Part shown: one piece after another, positions 37,223 through 46,756 of the stretch
Layout: each line of letters begins with the position of its first letter
Position numbering within the stretch: the stretch's first letter is position 1
Translations under genes and position numbers: made by a program
The notes under the pieces: model-generated
Seen by the model: only the letters and a program-made list of their open reading frames with translations
Told to the model about the DNA's origin: nothing
Databases searched by the model: none
Origin: Alphaproteobacteria bacterium
GTDB lineage: Bacteria; Pseudomonadota; Alphaproteobacteria; Sphingomonadales; JAKSBY01
Direction: 5' to 3'
NCBI GenBank assembly: GCA_021774625.1
Contig: JAJFIV010000008.1
Span: forward strand, 295,045 to 359,044
DNA length: 64,000 bases

Positions 37223-40200
37223 TTACGCGGCGGTATCGCCGCCGGCGGCGACCACCAGCCGGGCGAGAGCGGGAAGGGATTTCACGCCGGTCCTGCTGTA
37301 GATGGCCGCGCGGTGCTTCTCGACCGTACGCTGGCTTAAGCCGAGATCGGCCGCGATATTCTTGCTCGGATGGCCGGTGAGCACCATCCCCATGATTTCG
37401 CGCTGTCGCGGCGTAAGCCCGGCGAGGCGATTTGCGGCGCCGTCCCGCCAAGCCGAGTCCTTGGCGGCATCCGCAGACCGCGCGAGCGCCTGTCTGACAT
37501 GGTCGATCAGATCCGCAGCACTGACCGGCTTCTCGATAAAATCGGAAGCCCCGGCCTGTATCGCCCGCATGGCCATCGCGACGTCGCCAGTGCCGGTGAT
37601 CAGGATTTTGGCCAGCCGGCGGTCAACATCCCCGATCCGCTCCAGCAGGGCGAGCCCACCCATTCCGGGCATGCCGACATCGGCTAGCAGGCACGCCACG
37701 CGGCCCGGACGCCAGGAGTCGAGAAAGGATTCCGCGGTGGAGAAAGCTTCAACAGCCAGACCGTCCTCCTCGAGCACATGGCGCAGTTCCTCCAGAACGT
37801 GCAGGTCATCGTCGATGACATAGACGACAGACGTTACCGCAGCCCCATCCGCCGCACCGTCGCTGCTCCGACCGCGCGCGTCCGTCGCCGATGAGGGCGG
37901 CGGCAAAAGTTGACGGATCGCCTCGCTCAGGTCCGCCTGCTGCACGGGCTTGCTGAGATGAACACAGCCCTGTTGCGCGATGTCGCGCAGAGTGCCGGTC
38001 GAGATGTCGCCGGTCAAAATGATGGCCGGCAGCGTCAGGTGGAACCGGTCCTGCATCTTTTCGATGAGCAGGAGACCGTTCATATCGTTCGGCAGATTGA
38101 AATCGGCGATGATGAGGTCCGGACGGACCGCCATCCCGGGGATCATGTCCAGCGCGCTGGGACCATCGGCTGCCGTGACAACATAATGGCCTTCGTCCTT
38201 CAGGGCGAGCCTGAGCGTCCCGCGGACCTCGGGATCGTCCTCAACCACCAGAACCACGCCGGTGGCGTGCGGGGCCGCGCCCTGCGGCTCACCCGATGCG
38301 CTCTCCGGGTCCGACGATGCCCACGCTTTCACGCCTGCCGTGCCTTGCGCCGCCTGCCCGGCAGCATGAGGCGCAAGCGGGACCTCGATGATGAAGGCCG
38401 AGCCCTTGCCGACTTCCGAGCGGGCATGCACCCGATGGCCGAGCAGGTCCGAGAGACGTTGCACGATGGAAAGTCCGAGGCCGAGGCCGCGGCTCGATTC
38501 CCGGGCCGCATTGTCGAGTTGATGATATTCCTCGAAAATTCTCTCCAGCGACTCCCCGGGGATGCCGACGCCGGTGTCCCGGATCTCGATACTAACCATG
38601 CCCTTCCGTCTCCGGCACCCTATCAGGATCTTGCCGTGACGCGTGTATTTGAGGGCGTTAGAAACCAGATTCCGGATCATTTGCTCAAGCAGGTGGGGAT
38701 CACTATGGATCCAGCAGCCGCAGCGGACGAGGCGCAAGTCGAGGCCCTTCGCCCTTGCAAAATATGCGAATTCGTCCTTCAGCCGGCCGAGCGCCTCGTC
38801 AACCGGGAAATCGACCCGGTCCGCGATCACGATGCCGGCCTCGATCTGGTTGAGGTCAAGAAGCGCGTTCAACATGCTCGCCATGGCGGTCGAGGTTTCG
38901 CCAAATCGCCTGACAAGGTCGCGGGCTTTCTCCCCCTCGACCGTTTTGGCCAGAATCCCCTGAATCAGCGTAAGCGTCTGAAGCGGCTGACGCAGGTCAT
39001 GGCTGGCGGCGGCGAGAAAACGCGATTTCGCGAGATTGGACCGCTCGGCCTCACGTTTGGCCGCCTCAAGGGCTTCTGATATTTGCCGTCGTTCGGTGAT
39101 ATCGGTATAGGTGATGACAACGCCACCGTCTTCATTGTCGTCGGTGCGGTAGGGCAGAACGCGGCGGACGTACCAGGCTCCGTTGCGCTTCGCGATTTCG
39201 TGCTCGAGCGTCACCCGGGTCCGCAACACGCGCCGGGCGTCGTCCAGAAGGGCGCTGTCGTCGGCCAGCGCCTGAAGATCGGCGAGCGGCCGCCCGATGT
39301 CGCTCGAAATGACGCTGAAGAGGGATTTTGTTGCCGGCGTGAAAAAGCGGATATTGAGGCCGGCGTCGAGGAAGAGCGTCGCGACATTGGTGCTGTAGAG
39401 AACGTTTTGCAGATCACTGGAGACCGTTTTCTCGCGTTCCAGCGTTTCATGAAGCTGGCTGTTGAGCGCGGTCAGTTCTTCATTGAGCGACTGCAATTCC
39501 TCCTTCGAGGTTTCCAGCTCCTCGTTCGTCGCCTGGAATTCCTCGTTGATGGACAAGGCCTCTTCGTTGATCTCCCTTTGCTCCTGCGTCATGTCCTCGA
39601 GATTGCGCACGGCATCCGAAAGCTCGGTTCTGGTGGCTTCGAGCTCCCGCTCGAGCTCTGCGACCTTCGATGCCTCTTCCGGCGCTACGGGGCGATCCTG
39701 CGGGGGTTCCTGATCGGGCCTTTCGACAAAGCAGACCAACAGCAGCGAGTCGTCTTCGAACACAACCGGTCTTATGTCGATGTCGAATACCTGGCCGTCG
39801 CGGTTACGGCCGATTGAACCCGAGGCAAGGAGGATGCGTTCCTCCTTTTGCATGGCCTGCCGCACTGCCGCCCGGAGTCGGGTGCGCACGCCATCGCGGG
39901 CCATGGCGAAAATGTCGTGTTTCGGCGGTCCGGGAACGACGCGAAGATAGCGGTCCGTCGGCCCGAGCGTGTAAAGGCACTCATAGTGCCGATTGATCAG
40001 GGCCGCCGCGGGGGCATGGTTCTCGACCACCAGGCGCTGGCACAGGGCGGCAAGAGCGCCCTGACGCGAGGCCGGCCTGAGCTTGTACTGCCCGGGGACA
40101 TGTATGCTCTCGCCGCCGCCGATCGCAAAACCGAGGTCGCCGGGCCGGGTTCTGGCGGCGTGGCGGTAGACCCGCTCGGGCTTGGACATCATCTCGAAGC

Positions 40201-41635
40201 GATCATCGTCAGAACCGACCGATTCCGATCCGCCGAGAAGAAGGAAGCCGCCCTCGCGCAGCGCGAAATGAAAGAGCGCGAAAATCTTTTCCTGGGCTTC
40301 CGGCCGCAGGTAGATGAGAAGGTTCCGGCAGGAAATCAGGTCGAGCCGCGAAAACGGCGGATCGGAAAGCACGTCCTGAACCGTGAAGACGACCGTGGCG
40401 CGGATTTCCTGCAAAATCCGGTAGCCATGATCCTCCTTGGTGAAGTAGCGGGCAAGCCGTTCCGGCGTGACATCCGCCGCGATCGAGTCCGGATAGAGGC
40501 CTTCACGCGCGATGGCGATGGCGTCCGGGTCGATATCGGAAGCGAAAATCTGCAGCCTTGCCGACTGCCTTGCCGCAGCGACCTGCTCGTGGAGGAGGAT
40601 CGCCAGCGAATAGGCCTCCTCGCCGGAACTGCAGCCGACGCTCCAGATGCGCAGGGGGTTGTCGCGCGAATGCCGGCGGACGAGGTCGGGGACGATCTTT
40701 TCGGCGAGGGAATCGAAAACTGCGGGATCGCGGAAAAAACTGGTGACGTTGATCAGCATGTCCTGGACGAGCAGGTCGATTTCCTTCGCATCGCTTTCGA
40801 GAAGATCGAGATAACGGCCGATATCACCGCGATCGATGGCCGCGAGCGCCATCCGCCGTTCGATCCGCCGCTGCAGCGTTCCGGGCTTGTAGGGTCTGAA
40901 ATCATGACCGGTTCGGGCGATCAGCAAATCAAGGATTTCTGACAGGCGATCCGGCGCGGCAGGCCGCCGGCTCTTTTTGCTGCCCGCGCCCGCCGGCGCA
41001 AGCTTGCGGAAATAATTGACCAGGGCCCCGGGAATCTTTGCCACCGGCAGCACGAGGTCGACCGCGCCGGTCATGATCGCGTTTTGCGGCATGCCGTCAA
41101 AGCCGGCTTCCTCGGGGGCCTGCGCAATGACCAGCCCGCAGTTTTCCTTCACCGCCTTCAGCCCGAGGCTGCCATCGGCTCCCGTCCCCGAGAGGATCAC
41201 GCAGGCGGCACGGTCGCCGGCATTCTCGGCCAGGGATCGTAGAAAGAAATCGAAAGGAAGGCGGGCGCCATGACGTTCCTTCGGCTTCGACAGCCGGAAG
41301 ACACCCCCGCTTATGGCGAGATAGGCGCCGGGCGGAATGATAGTGATGCTGTCGGCCTCGAGCCGCATGCCCTCGGCGGCATGCCGGACCTGCATCGGCG
41401 TATGCTTGGCGAGCAGGTCCACCATCATGCTCGGATGCGTCGGATCGAGATGCTGGATCAGGACGAAGGCCATGCCGCTGGCGGTCGGCAAGGCCTTGAC
41501 GAGCTTGCTGAACGCCTCCAGACCGCCGGCCGACGCGCCGATGCCCACCACAGGCAGGCTGTCAGGCCGATCCGGAATCCTGCTGGCCGATGGCGCACGT
41601 GCGCGCGATCCGACCGTGCGCGAACCTTTGACCAT
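37223..41635 (-). CDS. CheB-CheR-coiled coil-PAS-histidine kinase-REC-REC-LuxR HTH hybrid
   Basis: CheB GASAGG/QH/GTGADG; CheR NVTSFFRD, GCSSGEEAYS; H-box SHDLRQP; DTGVG and GLGLGL; two receivers; LTPRQREI...TVEKHR; start set at MVKGS. Confidence 0.92.
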   Translation of the reverse strand: MVKGSRTVGSRARAPSASRIPDRPDSLPVVGIGASAGGLEAFSKLVKALPTASGMAFVLIQHLDPTHPSMMVDLLAKHTPMQVRHAAEGMRLEADSITIIPPGAYLAISGGVFRLSKPKERHGARLPFDFFLRSLAENAGDRAACVILSGTGADGSLGLKAVKENCGLVIAQAPEEAGFDGMPQNAIMTGAVDLVLPVAKIPGALVNYFRKLAPAGAGSKKSRRPAAPDRLSEILDLLIARTGHDFRPYKPGTLQRRIERRMALAAIDRGDIGRYLDLLESDAKEIDLLVQDMLINVTSFFRDPAVFDSLAEKIVPDLVRRHSRDNPLRIWSVGCSSGEEAYSLAILLHEQVAAARQSARLQIFASDIDPDAIAIAREGLYPDSIAADVTPERLARYFTKEDHGYRILQEIRATVVFTVQDVLSDPPFSRLDLISCRNLLIYLRPEAQEKIFALFHFALREGGFLLLGGSESVGSDDDRFEMMSKPERVYRHAARTRPGDLGFAIGGGESIHVPGQYKLRPASRQGALAALCQRLVVENHAPAAALINRHYECLYTLGPTDRYLRVVPGPPKHDIFAMARDGVRTRLRAAVRQAMQKEERILLASGSIGRNRDGQVFDIDIRPVVFEDDSLLLVCFVERPDQEPPQDRPVAPEEASKVAELERELEATRTELSDAVRNLEDMTQEQREINEEALSINEEFQATNEELETSKEELQSLNEELTALNSQLHETLEREKTVSSDLQNVLYSTNVATLFLDAGLNIRFFTPATKSLFSVISSDIGRPLADLQALADDSALLDDARRVLRTRVTLEHEIAKRNGAWYVRRVLPYRTDDNEDGGVVITYTDITERRQISEALEAAKREAERSNLAKSRFLAAASHDLRQPLQTLTLIQGILAKTVEGEKARDLVRRFGETSTAMASMLNALLDLNQIEAGIVIADRVDFPVDEALGRLKDEFAYFARAKGLDLRLVRCGCWIHSDPHLLEQMIRNLVSNALKYTRHGKILIGCRRRKGMVSIEIRDTGVGIPGESLERIFEEYHQLDNAARESSRGLGLGLSIVQRLSDLLGHRVHARSEVGKGSAFIIEVPLAPHAAGQAAQGTAGVKAWASSDPESASGEPQGAAPHATGVVLVVEDDPEVRGTLRLALKDEGHYVVTAADGPSALDMIPGMAVRPDLIIADFNLPNDMNGLLLIEKMQDRFHLTLPAIILTGDISTGTLRDIAQQGCVHLSKPVQQADLSEAIRQLLPPPSSATDARGRSSDGAADGAAVTSVVYVIDDDLHVLEELRHVLEEDGLAVEAFSTAESFLDSWRPGRVACLLADVGMPGMGGLALLERIGDVDRRLAKILITGTGDVAMAMRAIQAGASDFIEKPVSAADLIDHVRQALARSADAAKDSAWRDGAANRLAGLTPRQREIMGMVLTGHPSKNIAADLGLSQRTVEKHRAAIYSRTGVKSLPALARLVVAAGGDTAA

Positions 41636-41689
41636 GTTGCTCTTTTTCCCTCGCACATCCGGTGAACTTGCGGGCCGCAAGTGTAGCAC

Positions 41690-41711
41690 AATTTTGGATT
41701 GATCCAAAATT
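41690..41711. promoter_or_regulatory. 22-bp palindromic operator upstream of the CheBR hybrid
   Basis: AATTTTGGAT-TG-ATCCAAAATT, 4 bp upstream of a minus-strand -10-like TACACT (41685-41680). Confidence 0.55.
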
Positions 41712-41740
41712 AAAGCTGTCGTTCCTGGCAAGAAAGCCGA

Positions 41741-41771
41741 AACCCGGCAGTTCCAAGGGAACTGCCGGGTT
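41741..41771 (-). terminator. Probable terminator after the YSC84 gene
   Basis: 14-bp perfect stem AACCCGGCAGTTCC/GGAACTGCCGGGTT with an imperfect U-tract. Confidence 0.6.
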
Positions 41772-41852
41772 CAGGAGGGCGCCCCGACCAGAACACGCCC
41801 CTTGGGGGGGATGGCGTAACGCGTATTCCGACACGGATCGCGCTGCTGTTTC

Positions 41853-42422
41853 TCAGCGCTTGATCTCCGTAATCTTCGTTCCCTCAAGGCTGATTCCGAT
41901 CATCAGGCCCGATTGATCGAAGATGAAGGCATAGGCGTCGTCCTTGAGCGAACTCGTCGACAGATTCTTGGCCGCGCCTTCATCCATGAAGACCACCGTT
42001 GGCCCGACGCCGATCTCCCACCCCTCGGAATCGTGGATATAGTCGATCGCCTTGTCGTTCATCAAAAAGACCACGTAAGCATAAGATTGGCCACCGATCT
42101 GCAGTCCCCAGGATCCAGTGAAGGAATTGTAGTAGCCGTCAATGGTTCCTCCGTGCTTCAGCACGCCTTCGCCGTAAGCCGCGCCGAAAATGAGACCGGC
42201 TTTCACGATGCTCGGAAAGATGAGGACGGCCTTCGACTGCTTGGCGATCGCCGCCGCGACCGGGTTGGTCGATGTCAGCAGCTTCAGCCCCTGATCGGCA
42301 TCCTTATGCAGATCTTCCGCGGTTGCGGCCCGAGCGACGTTCGCCACGCCGACGGCGCCGATTGCCGTGAATGTGGAGACGGCGAGCAAGCTCGCGACCA
42401 TTATTTGACGAAATCTGTTCAT
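41853..42422 (-). CDS. YSC84-related (SYLF) secreted protein
   Basis: Signal peptide; VLIFPSIVKAGLIFG.AYGEG, SWGLQIGGQ, GLM.GISLEGTKI. Confidence 0.88.
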   Translation of the reverse strand: MNRFRQIMVASLLAVSTFTAIGAVGVANVARAATAEDLHKDADQGLKLLTSTNPVAAAIAKQSKAVLIFPSIVKAGLIFGAAYGEGVLKHGGTIDGYYNSFTGSWGLQIGGQSYAYVVFLMNDKAIDYIHDSEGWEIGVGPTVVFMDEGAAKNLSTSSLKDDAYAFIFDQSGLMIGISLEGTKITEIKR

Positions 42423-42531
42423 AGTGAATTCCTTGTTTTATGTGAAACTCGCCCGCGCGCCGGACCGGATCGGGCGACAGTCTCCCCGTCCGGTCAAAGC
42501 GGCCTGTTCAGGCACCATGCCGGCCCTGGGG

Positions 42532-43008
42532 CTACGTGCAGCGGAACGTGACGGATCTGCTGCCATCCGTGTTCATCGCGGTAGTGGAAGTGGTCTGTTG
42601 CGAACCGGCATTCAGGCACTGGATCTGGGCATTGCGCGACAGGTTGAGGAGTTCCTGGTCGGTCCGGTAGGTATAGGTTTGCGTGGGACTGAACTGCTGG
42701 ACCGGTTGCACCAGGAGCGTCGGCGCGACGCAATCGAAGATCACGACCTTACCGCCGTTCGGATCATTCGAAAAATTCGAGGGCTGCGGAACCAGATTGT
42801 AGCCGTTGCAGTACAACACCGCACGCTGATTGGCCTGAACCAGTTCGTCGTCATTGCGATATTCGTATGTCACGCTCGGCGCGCTCGTGGCGATCTCCTC
42901 CGGCGAGGAGTTGCGGCTTGACGAGACACAGGAGACCGTTGTCAGGGCGACGAGTGCCGTCGCCGACACCGCGATCCCCGAACGGATGAGTGCTTTGGTG
43001 GTAATCAT
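42532..43008 (-). CDS. Hypothetical lipoprotein with two internal repeats
   Basis: Lipobox-like TVSC; TYEYRNDDEL...C...DC and TYTYRTDQEL...C...RC. Confidence 0.75.
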   Translation of the reverse strand: MITTKALIRSGIAVSATALVALTTVSCVSSSRNSSPEEIATSAPSVTYEYRNDDELVQANQRAVLYCNGYNLVPQPSNFSNDPNGGKVVIFDCVAPTLLVQPVQQFSPTQTYTYRTDQELLNLSRNAQIQCLNAGSQQTTSTTAMNTDGSRSVTFRCT

Positions 43009-43137
43009 TGTTTTGCCTGTCTCTGATCGTTTCCCTGTGCATCATGCACAGGCGCGAAACCCGCGGATGAGGCAGCATGCCCCGGCGCGAATCTCACCCG
43101 CGCGGATTCTACGTGCAAAGCTGCAACACCGGCAGAC

Positions 43138-43159
43138 TCGGAAACTACGCATCGCGTCG
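43138..43159 (-). promoter_or_regulatory. Shared 22-bp putative activator site, copy 2
   Basis: TCGGAAACTACGCATCGCGTCG (+ strand); 26 bp upstream of a -10-like TAGAAT. Confidence 0.6.
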
Positions 43160-43277
43160 ACCGAGAGCGGTCGAGAGCGAGGTGGAAGACATTAAGCGCC
43201 GTCCCGCCCTTGAGGACGAGCCGCGCCGGGAGGACCGGATCGCGGGCGATCTCCTGCAGCAAGTCCAAGAGCCGCGC
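43156..43277 (-). pseudogene. AbiEii-type nucleotidyltransferase toxin fragment
   Basis: [28 protein letters not shown]...R(fs)SVD; truncated on both sides. Confidence 0.65.
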
Positions 43278-43400
43278 CGCCGCGATCCTGCACGCCTGCG
43301 GAATGCACGCCGGCCGTGAGGATTATGCCGAGACTACCGACGACGATATGGCGTTTGCGGCCTTTCACATTTTTCCCTGCATCAAAGCCGACATTGCCAC
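43278..43400 (-). mobile_element. IS5-family transposase fragment
   Basis: [20 protein letters not shown].....[12 protein letters not shown]; boundaries approximate. Confidence 0.75.
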
Positions 43401-43540
43401 GCGCATCGGGCCGGTTTGTTCCGGATAAGTTCACGAAACTTGCCGCGGTTACATGTCCGGAAACCCCAGTAAAACCGCCAAATATGCGCTTATTTGATCC
43501 TTTCGCCTTGTAGTCCGCAGCCGTTTCTGTCTCCCGTTTC

Positions 43541-45709
43541 TCAAAGCTTCAAACCGCGCAACCGCAAAGCATTGCTGATCACGGAGACCGAGCTGAAACT
43601 CATAGCCGCCGCCGCAAACATTGGCGAAATCAGCAGACCGAAGAACGGGTATAAAATCCCCGCCGCAACCGGTACGCCAAGCGTGTTATAGGCAAGGGCA
43701 AAGAACAGATTCTGGCTGATATTACGCATGGTCGCGACAGACAGGCGCCGGGCGCGGACAATGCCGTTCAAATCGCCCCTGATCAACGTGAATCCCGCAC
43801 TCTCGATCGCGACGTCAGCGCCCGTCCCCATGGCTATTCCAACATCCGCCTGAGCCAGAGCCGGGGCGTCATTGACGCCGTCGCCCGCCATCGCTACGCT
43901 TTTACCCGCGGCTTGCAGTTCCTGAATGATCCGCGCCTTGTCCTCGGGCATAACGTCAGCACGAATATCGTCAATGCCCAGGCGGGCGCCGATGGCTTTT
44001 GCGGTCCGTTCATTATCGCCGGTGGCCATGATGATGTGAAATCCCTGCCGGTGCAACTCTTTCAAAGCCTCTGATGTGGTTTCCTTGATCGGATCGGCGA
44101 CTGCGACAAGGCCCGCGATCTCACCATCAACCATCACAAACATGACCGTCTCGCCCTCATCCCGCCGGGCATTGGCAACCTCCATCAGCCGGGCGCTTTC
44201 AAGCCCGAGATCACTCACCAGCCGGGCATTGCCCAGCGCGAGCTTTTTCCCGTCCACAACACCGCGGACGCCCTTGCCGATGATGGCCTCGAATTCGCTG
44301 ATCTTGACAAGTGTGATGCCGCGTTCCTCGGCCGCCGAAACAATCGCTTCGGCCAATGGATGTTCAGAACCCCGCTCCAGACTGGCTGCCAGCCGTAAAA
44401 TCTCCTGCTCATCCTGTCCCGGTTCCGGCAGCACGGCAGTCAGCTGTGGCTTACCAACCGTCAGAGTGCCGGTTTTGTCGACAAGCAGCGTGTCAACCTT
44501 GGCAAAGCGTTCCAGGGCTTCAGCATTCTTGATCAGTACACCCGCCTGCGCACCGCGCCCGGTCGCCGTCATGATTGACATGGGCGTCGCGAGGCCAAGG
44601 GCGCAGGGGCACGCGATGATCAGCACCGCCACCGCAGAGACCAGCCCATAGGCCATCGCCGGTTCCGGGCCCCAGATTGACCAGGCAATGAAGGAAAGGA
44701 GTGCGACAGCAATGACCGCCGGGACAAATTTCCCCGAAACACGATCCGCTATCTTCTGGATCGGGGCCCGGCTGCGCTGGGCATTGGCCACCATCTCGAC
44801 AATCTGGCTCAGTATGGTATCGGCACCCACACGACGCGCCTCAATGACAAACGTGCCCGAGCCGTTGATGGTCGCACCGGTCACATCGTCGCCGGTGGTT
44901 TTTTCGACCGGCACGGGTTCCCCGGATATCATGGATTCATCGACAGAGGAATGTCCTTCAACCACAACGCCATCGACCGGAATTTTGTCGCCGGGGCGGA
45001 CCCGCAAGCGGTCGCCCACCATAACATGCTCCAGCGGAATTTCCTCCTCCCGCCCGTCATCCCGAATGATCCGCGCCGTTTTGGCGGCAAGGTCCAGCAG
45101 CGCCCGGATGGCCGATCCTGTCCGTTCGCGGGCCCGGAGTTCCAGCACCTGACCGAGCAGGACCAGCACCACAATGACCGCACCGGCTTCAAAATAAACG
45201 CCGACCGTACCATCGGCCTGACGAAACCCGTCCGGAAAAATTTCCGGAAACAGCACGGCAACGATACTGAACCCGTAGGCGGCGCCGACACCCATGCCGA
45301 TCAGTGTGAACATATTGAGATTAAAATTGATCACCGACTTCACTGCGCGCACGAAAAATGGCCAGCCCGACCAGAGAATAACCGGCGTGGCAAGAGCCAG
45401 TTCAATCCACAGGGTGATCTGTTCTCCAAAAAATGCCCGGATCCCGGTTATGCCAAGGAAGGGGCCCATGCTCAGAATTAACAGCGGAACTGCCAGAATG
45501 GCGCCGACCGTAAATCTTCGCCGGAAATCTATCAGTTCAGGATTGGGCCCTTCCTCATCGAGGGATATACTCTTTGGTTCCAATGCCATGCCGCAGATCG
45601 GGCACTCGCCGGGGCCAACCTGCTCGATTTCGAGGTGCATCGGGCAGGTATATATTGCCGTGAGGCTGTTTGAGACGACGGATGGTTTTTCTTCGCTATG
45701 ATGTGACAT
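43541..45709 (-). CDS. copA: Cu(I)-translocating P1B-type ATPase
   Basis: YTCPMH...CPICGM metal-binding domain, SGE, CPC, DKTGT, SEHP, GDGVND, YN, M..SS. Confidence 0.93.
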   Translation of the reverse strand: MSHHSEEKPSVVSNSLTAIYTCPMHLEIEQVGPGECPICGMALEPKSISLDEEGPNPELIDFRRRFTVGAILAVPLLILSMGPFLGITGIRAFFGEQITLWIELALATPVILWSGWPFFVRAVKSVINFNLNMFTLIGMGVGAAYGFSIVAVLFPEIFPDGFRQADGTVGVYFEAGAVIVVLVLLGQVLELRARERTGSAIRALLDLAAKTARIIRDDGREEEIPLEHVMVGDRLRVRPGDKIPVDGVVVEGHSSVDESMISGEPVPVEKTTGDDVTGATINGSGTFVIEARRVGADTILSQIVEMVANAQRSRAPIQKIADRVSGKFVPAVIAVALLSFIAWSIWGPEPAMAYGLVSAVAVLIIACPCALGLATPMSIMTATGRGAQAGVLIKNAEALERFAKVDTLLVDKTGTLTVGKPQLTAVLPEPGQDEQEILRLAASLERGSEHPLAEAIVSAAEERGITLVKISEFEAIIGKGVRGVVDGKKLALGNARLVSDLGLESARLMEVANARRDEGETVMFVMVDGEIAGLVAVADPIKETTSEALKELHRQGFHIIMATGDNERTAKAIGARLGIDDIRADVMPEDKARIIQELQAAGKSVAMAGDGVNDAPALAQADVGIAMGTGADVAIESAGFTLIRGDLNGIVRARRLSVATMRNISQNLFFALAYNTLGVPVAAGILYPFFGLLISPMFAAAAMSFSSVSVISNALRLRGLKL

Positions 45710-45717
45710 TTTTTACC

Positions 45718-46755
45718 TCATGAAGTCTGCAGGTGAATAATTTTCCATAAGCCGGACACTTTGGTGAGAACGGCGGTACCCATACCGTGACGGCTCCTCT
45801 TTTCTCCTTTGAATACAGCTTCGAAATCATAATCGAAGACCGTATAGGCAAGCGACGCACCGGTTGTCACCTTGATGTTGGAAAGGCGGTAGCTTAAAAT
45901 TTCCAAGTCAGGGGAGTTCAACTCAGGCGTCAAATGATTATCCCGGTAATCCGCCCAGCCCCAATTGGCATGGCCGCCTTCGATAATGCTGAAGGCATCG
46001 CTGGCAACCACATACTGCTCGATCCCCGCGATGTCGGCGGCGTCGATCCGTTTATTATAGGCAAGCAGGACTGCTTTAACGGCTTCGGCTTCGGGGTCAT
46101 TCGCAGAATGCGCATCGGAGGCCTGTTCATTCCCGGGATGCCCATGAGGGGTTGCGTCATGATCTGCCTCTGGTACGGCATCGCCGTCATGAGAATGGGG
46201 CGCCGCATCATCGCCATGTTCGTGCGAGTTATCGCCATCGGCAACGGGCGGCGTGTCGTGCTCTTCACCGGCAGCATGCTCATGGTCATGACCGTCGCCT
46301 TCCGCCTGAGGCAATGACATCACGCCAAGCCCATGGCGATAAACCGCCTCGCCCCCTTTGAAACCGGTCACACCAAGCGCCGCTGACGCAACAATGAGTA
46401 TGGTGATAAAAATCAGGCCCGGTCTGTCCCGCTTGCGAAATTCCCAAAGCGACCACAACGCCAGTGCCAAAAAAGCAGTTGCTGTCGGCAGCGCCCAGTT
46501 CCTGTGGTCGGTCATGGCGCTGTGCGACGCTGTATCATGGGCAACCGTGTTATAGGCATAAAAGCCGGCGGCGATTGTGCCAAGCGTGAGGAACGCCCCT
46601 AGCCAAAGATTCCAGCGTCCCGCCGCGACAAGACCGTTTGACCAGGATTTCCCGGCAAACAAACGTCCGGCAACAAAGAAAGCGGTGGCCGTGAAAAACA
46701 AGGCGATCGTGAAATGCACCAGGAACGGGTGCCAGTTGGGGATGATTTCGATCAT
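45718..46755 (-). CDS. DUF2231 membrane domain, His/Asp-rich linker and SnoaL/NTF2-like domain
   Basis: HPFLVHF...H...GGEAVYRHG; DGHDHEH...HEH...HSH linker; WKIIHLQTS end. Confidence 0.78.
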   Translation of the reverse strand: MIEIIPNWHPFLVHFTIALFFTATAFFVAGRLFAGKSWSNGLVAAGRWNLWLGAFLTLGTIAAGFYAYNTVAHDTASHSAMTDHRNWALPTATAFLALALWSLWEFRKRDRPGLIFITILIVASAALGVTGFKGGEAVYRHGLGVMSLPQAEGDGHDHEHAAGEEHDTPPVADGDNSHEHGDDAAPHSHDGDAVPEADHDATPHGHPGNEQASDAHSANDPEAEAVKAVLLAYNKRIDAADIAGIEQYVVASDAFSIIEGGHANWGWADYRDNHLTPELNSPDLEILSYRLSNIKVTTGASLAYTVFDYDFEAVFKGEKRSRHGMGTAVLTKVSGLWKIIHLQTS

Positions 46756-46756
46756 G

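Noticed and set aside
43034-43052. Palindrome CCTGTGCAT-C-ATGCACAGG as a Crp-type site
   Set aside because: Spacing is one base short of a Crp-family box and it lies in the predicted 5' leader; it may be just an RNA hairpin.
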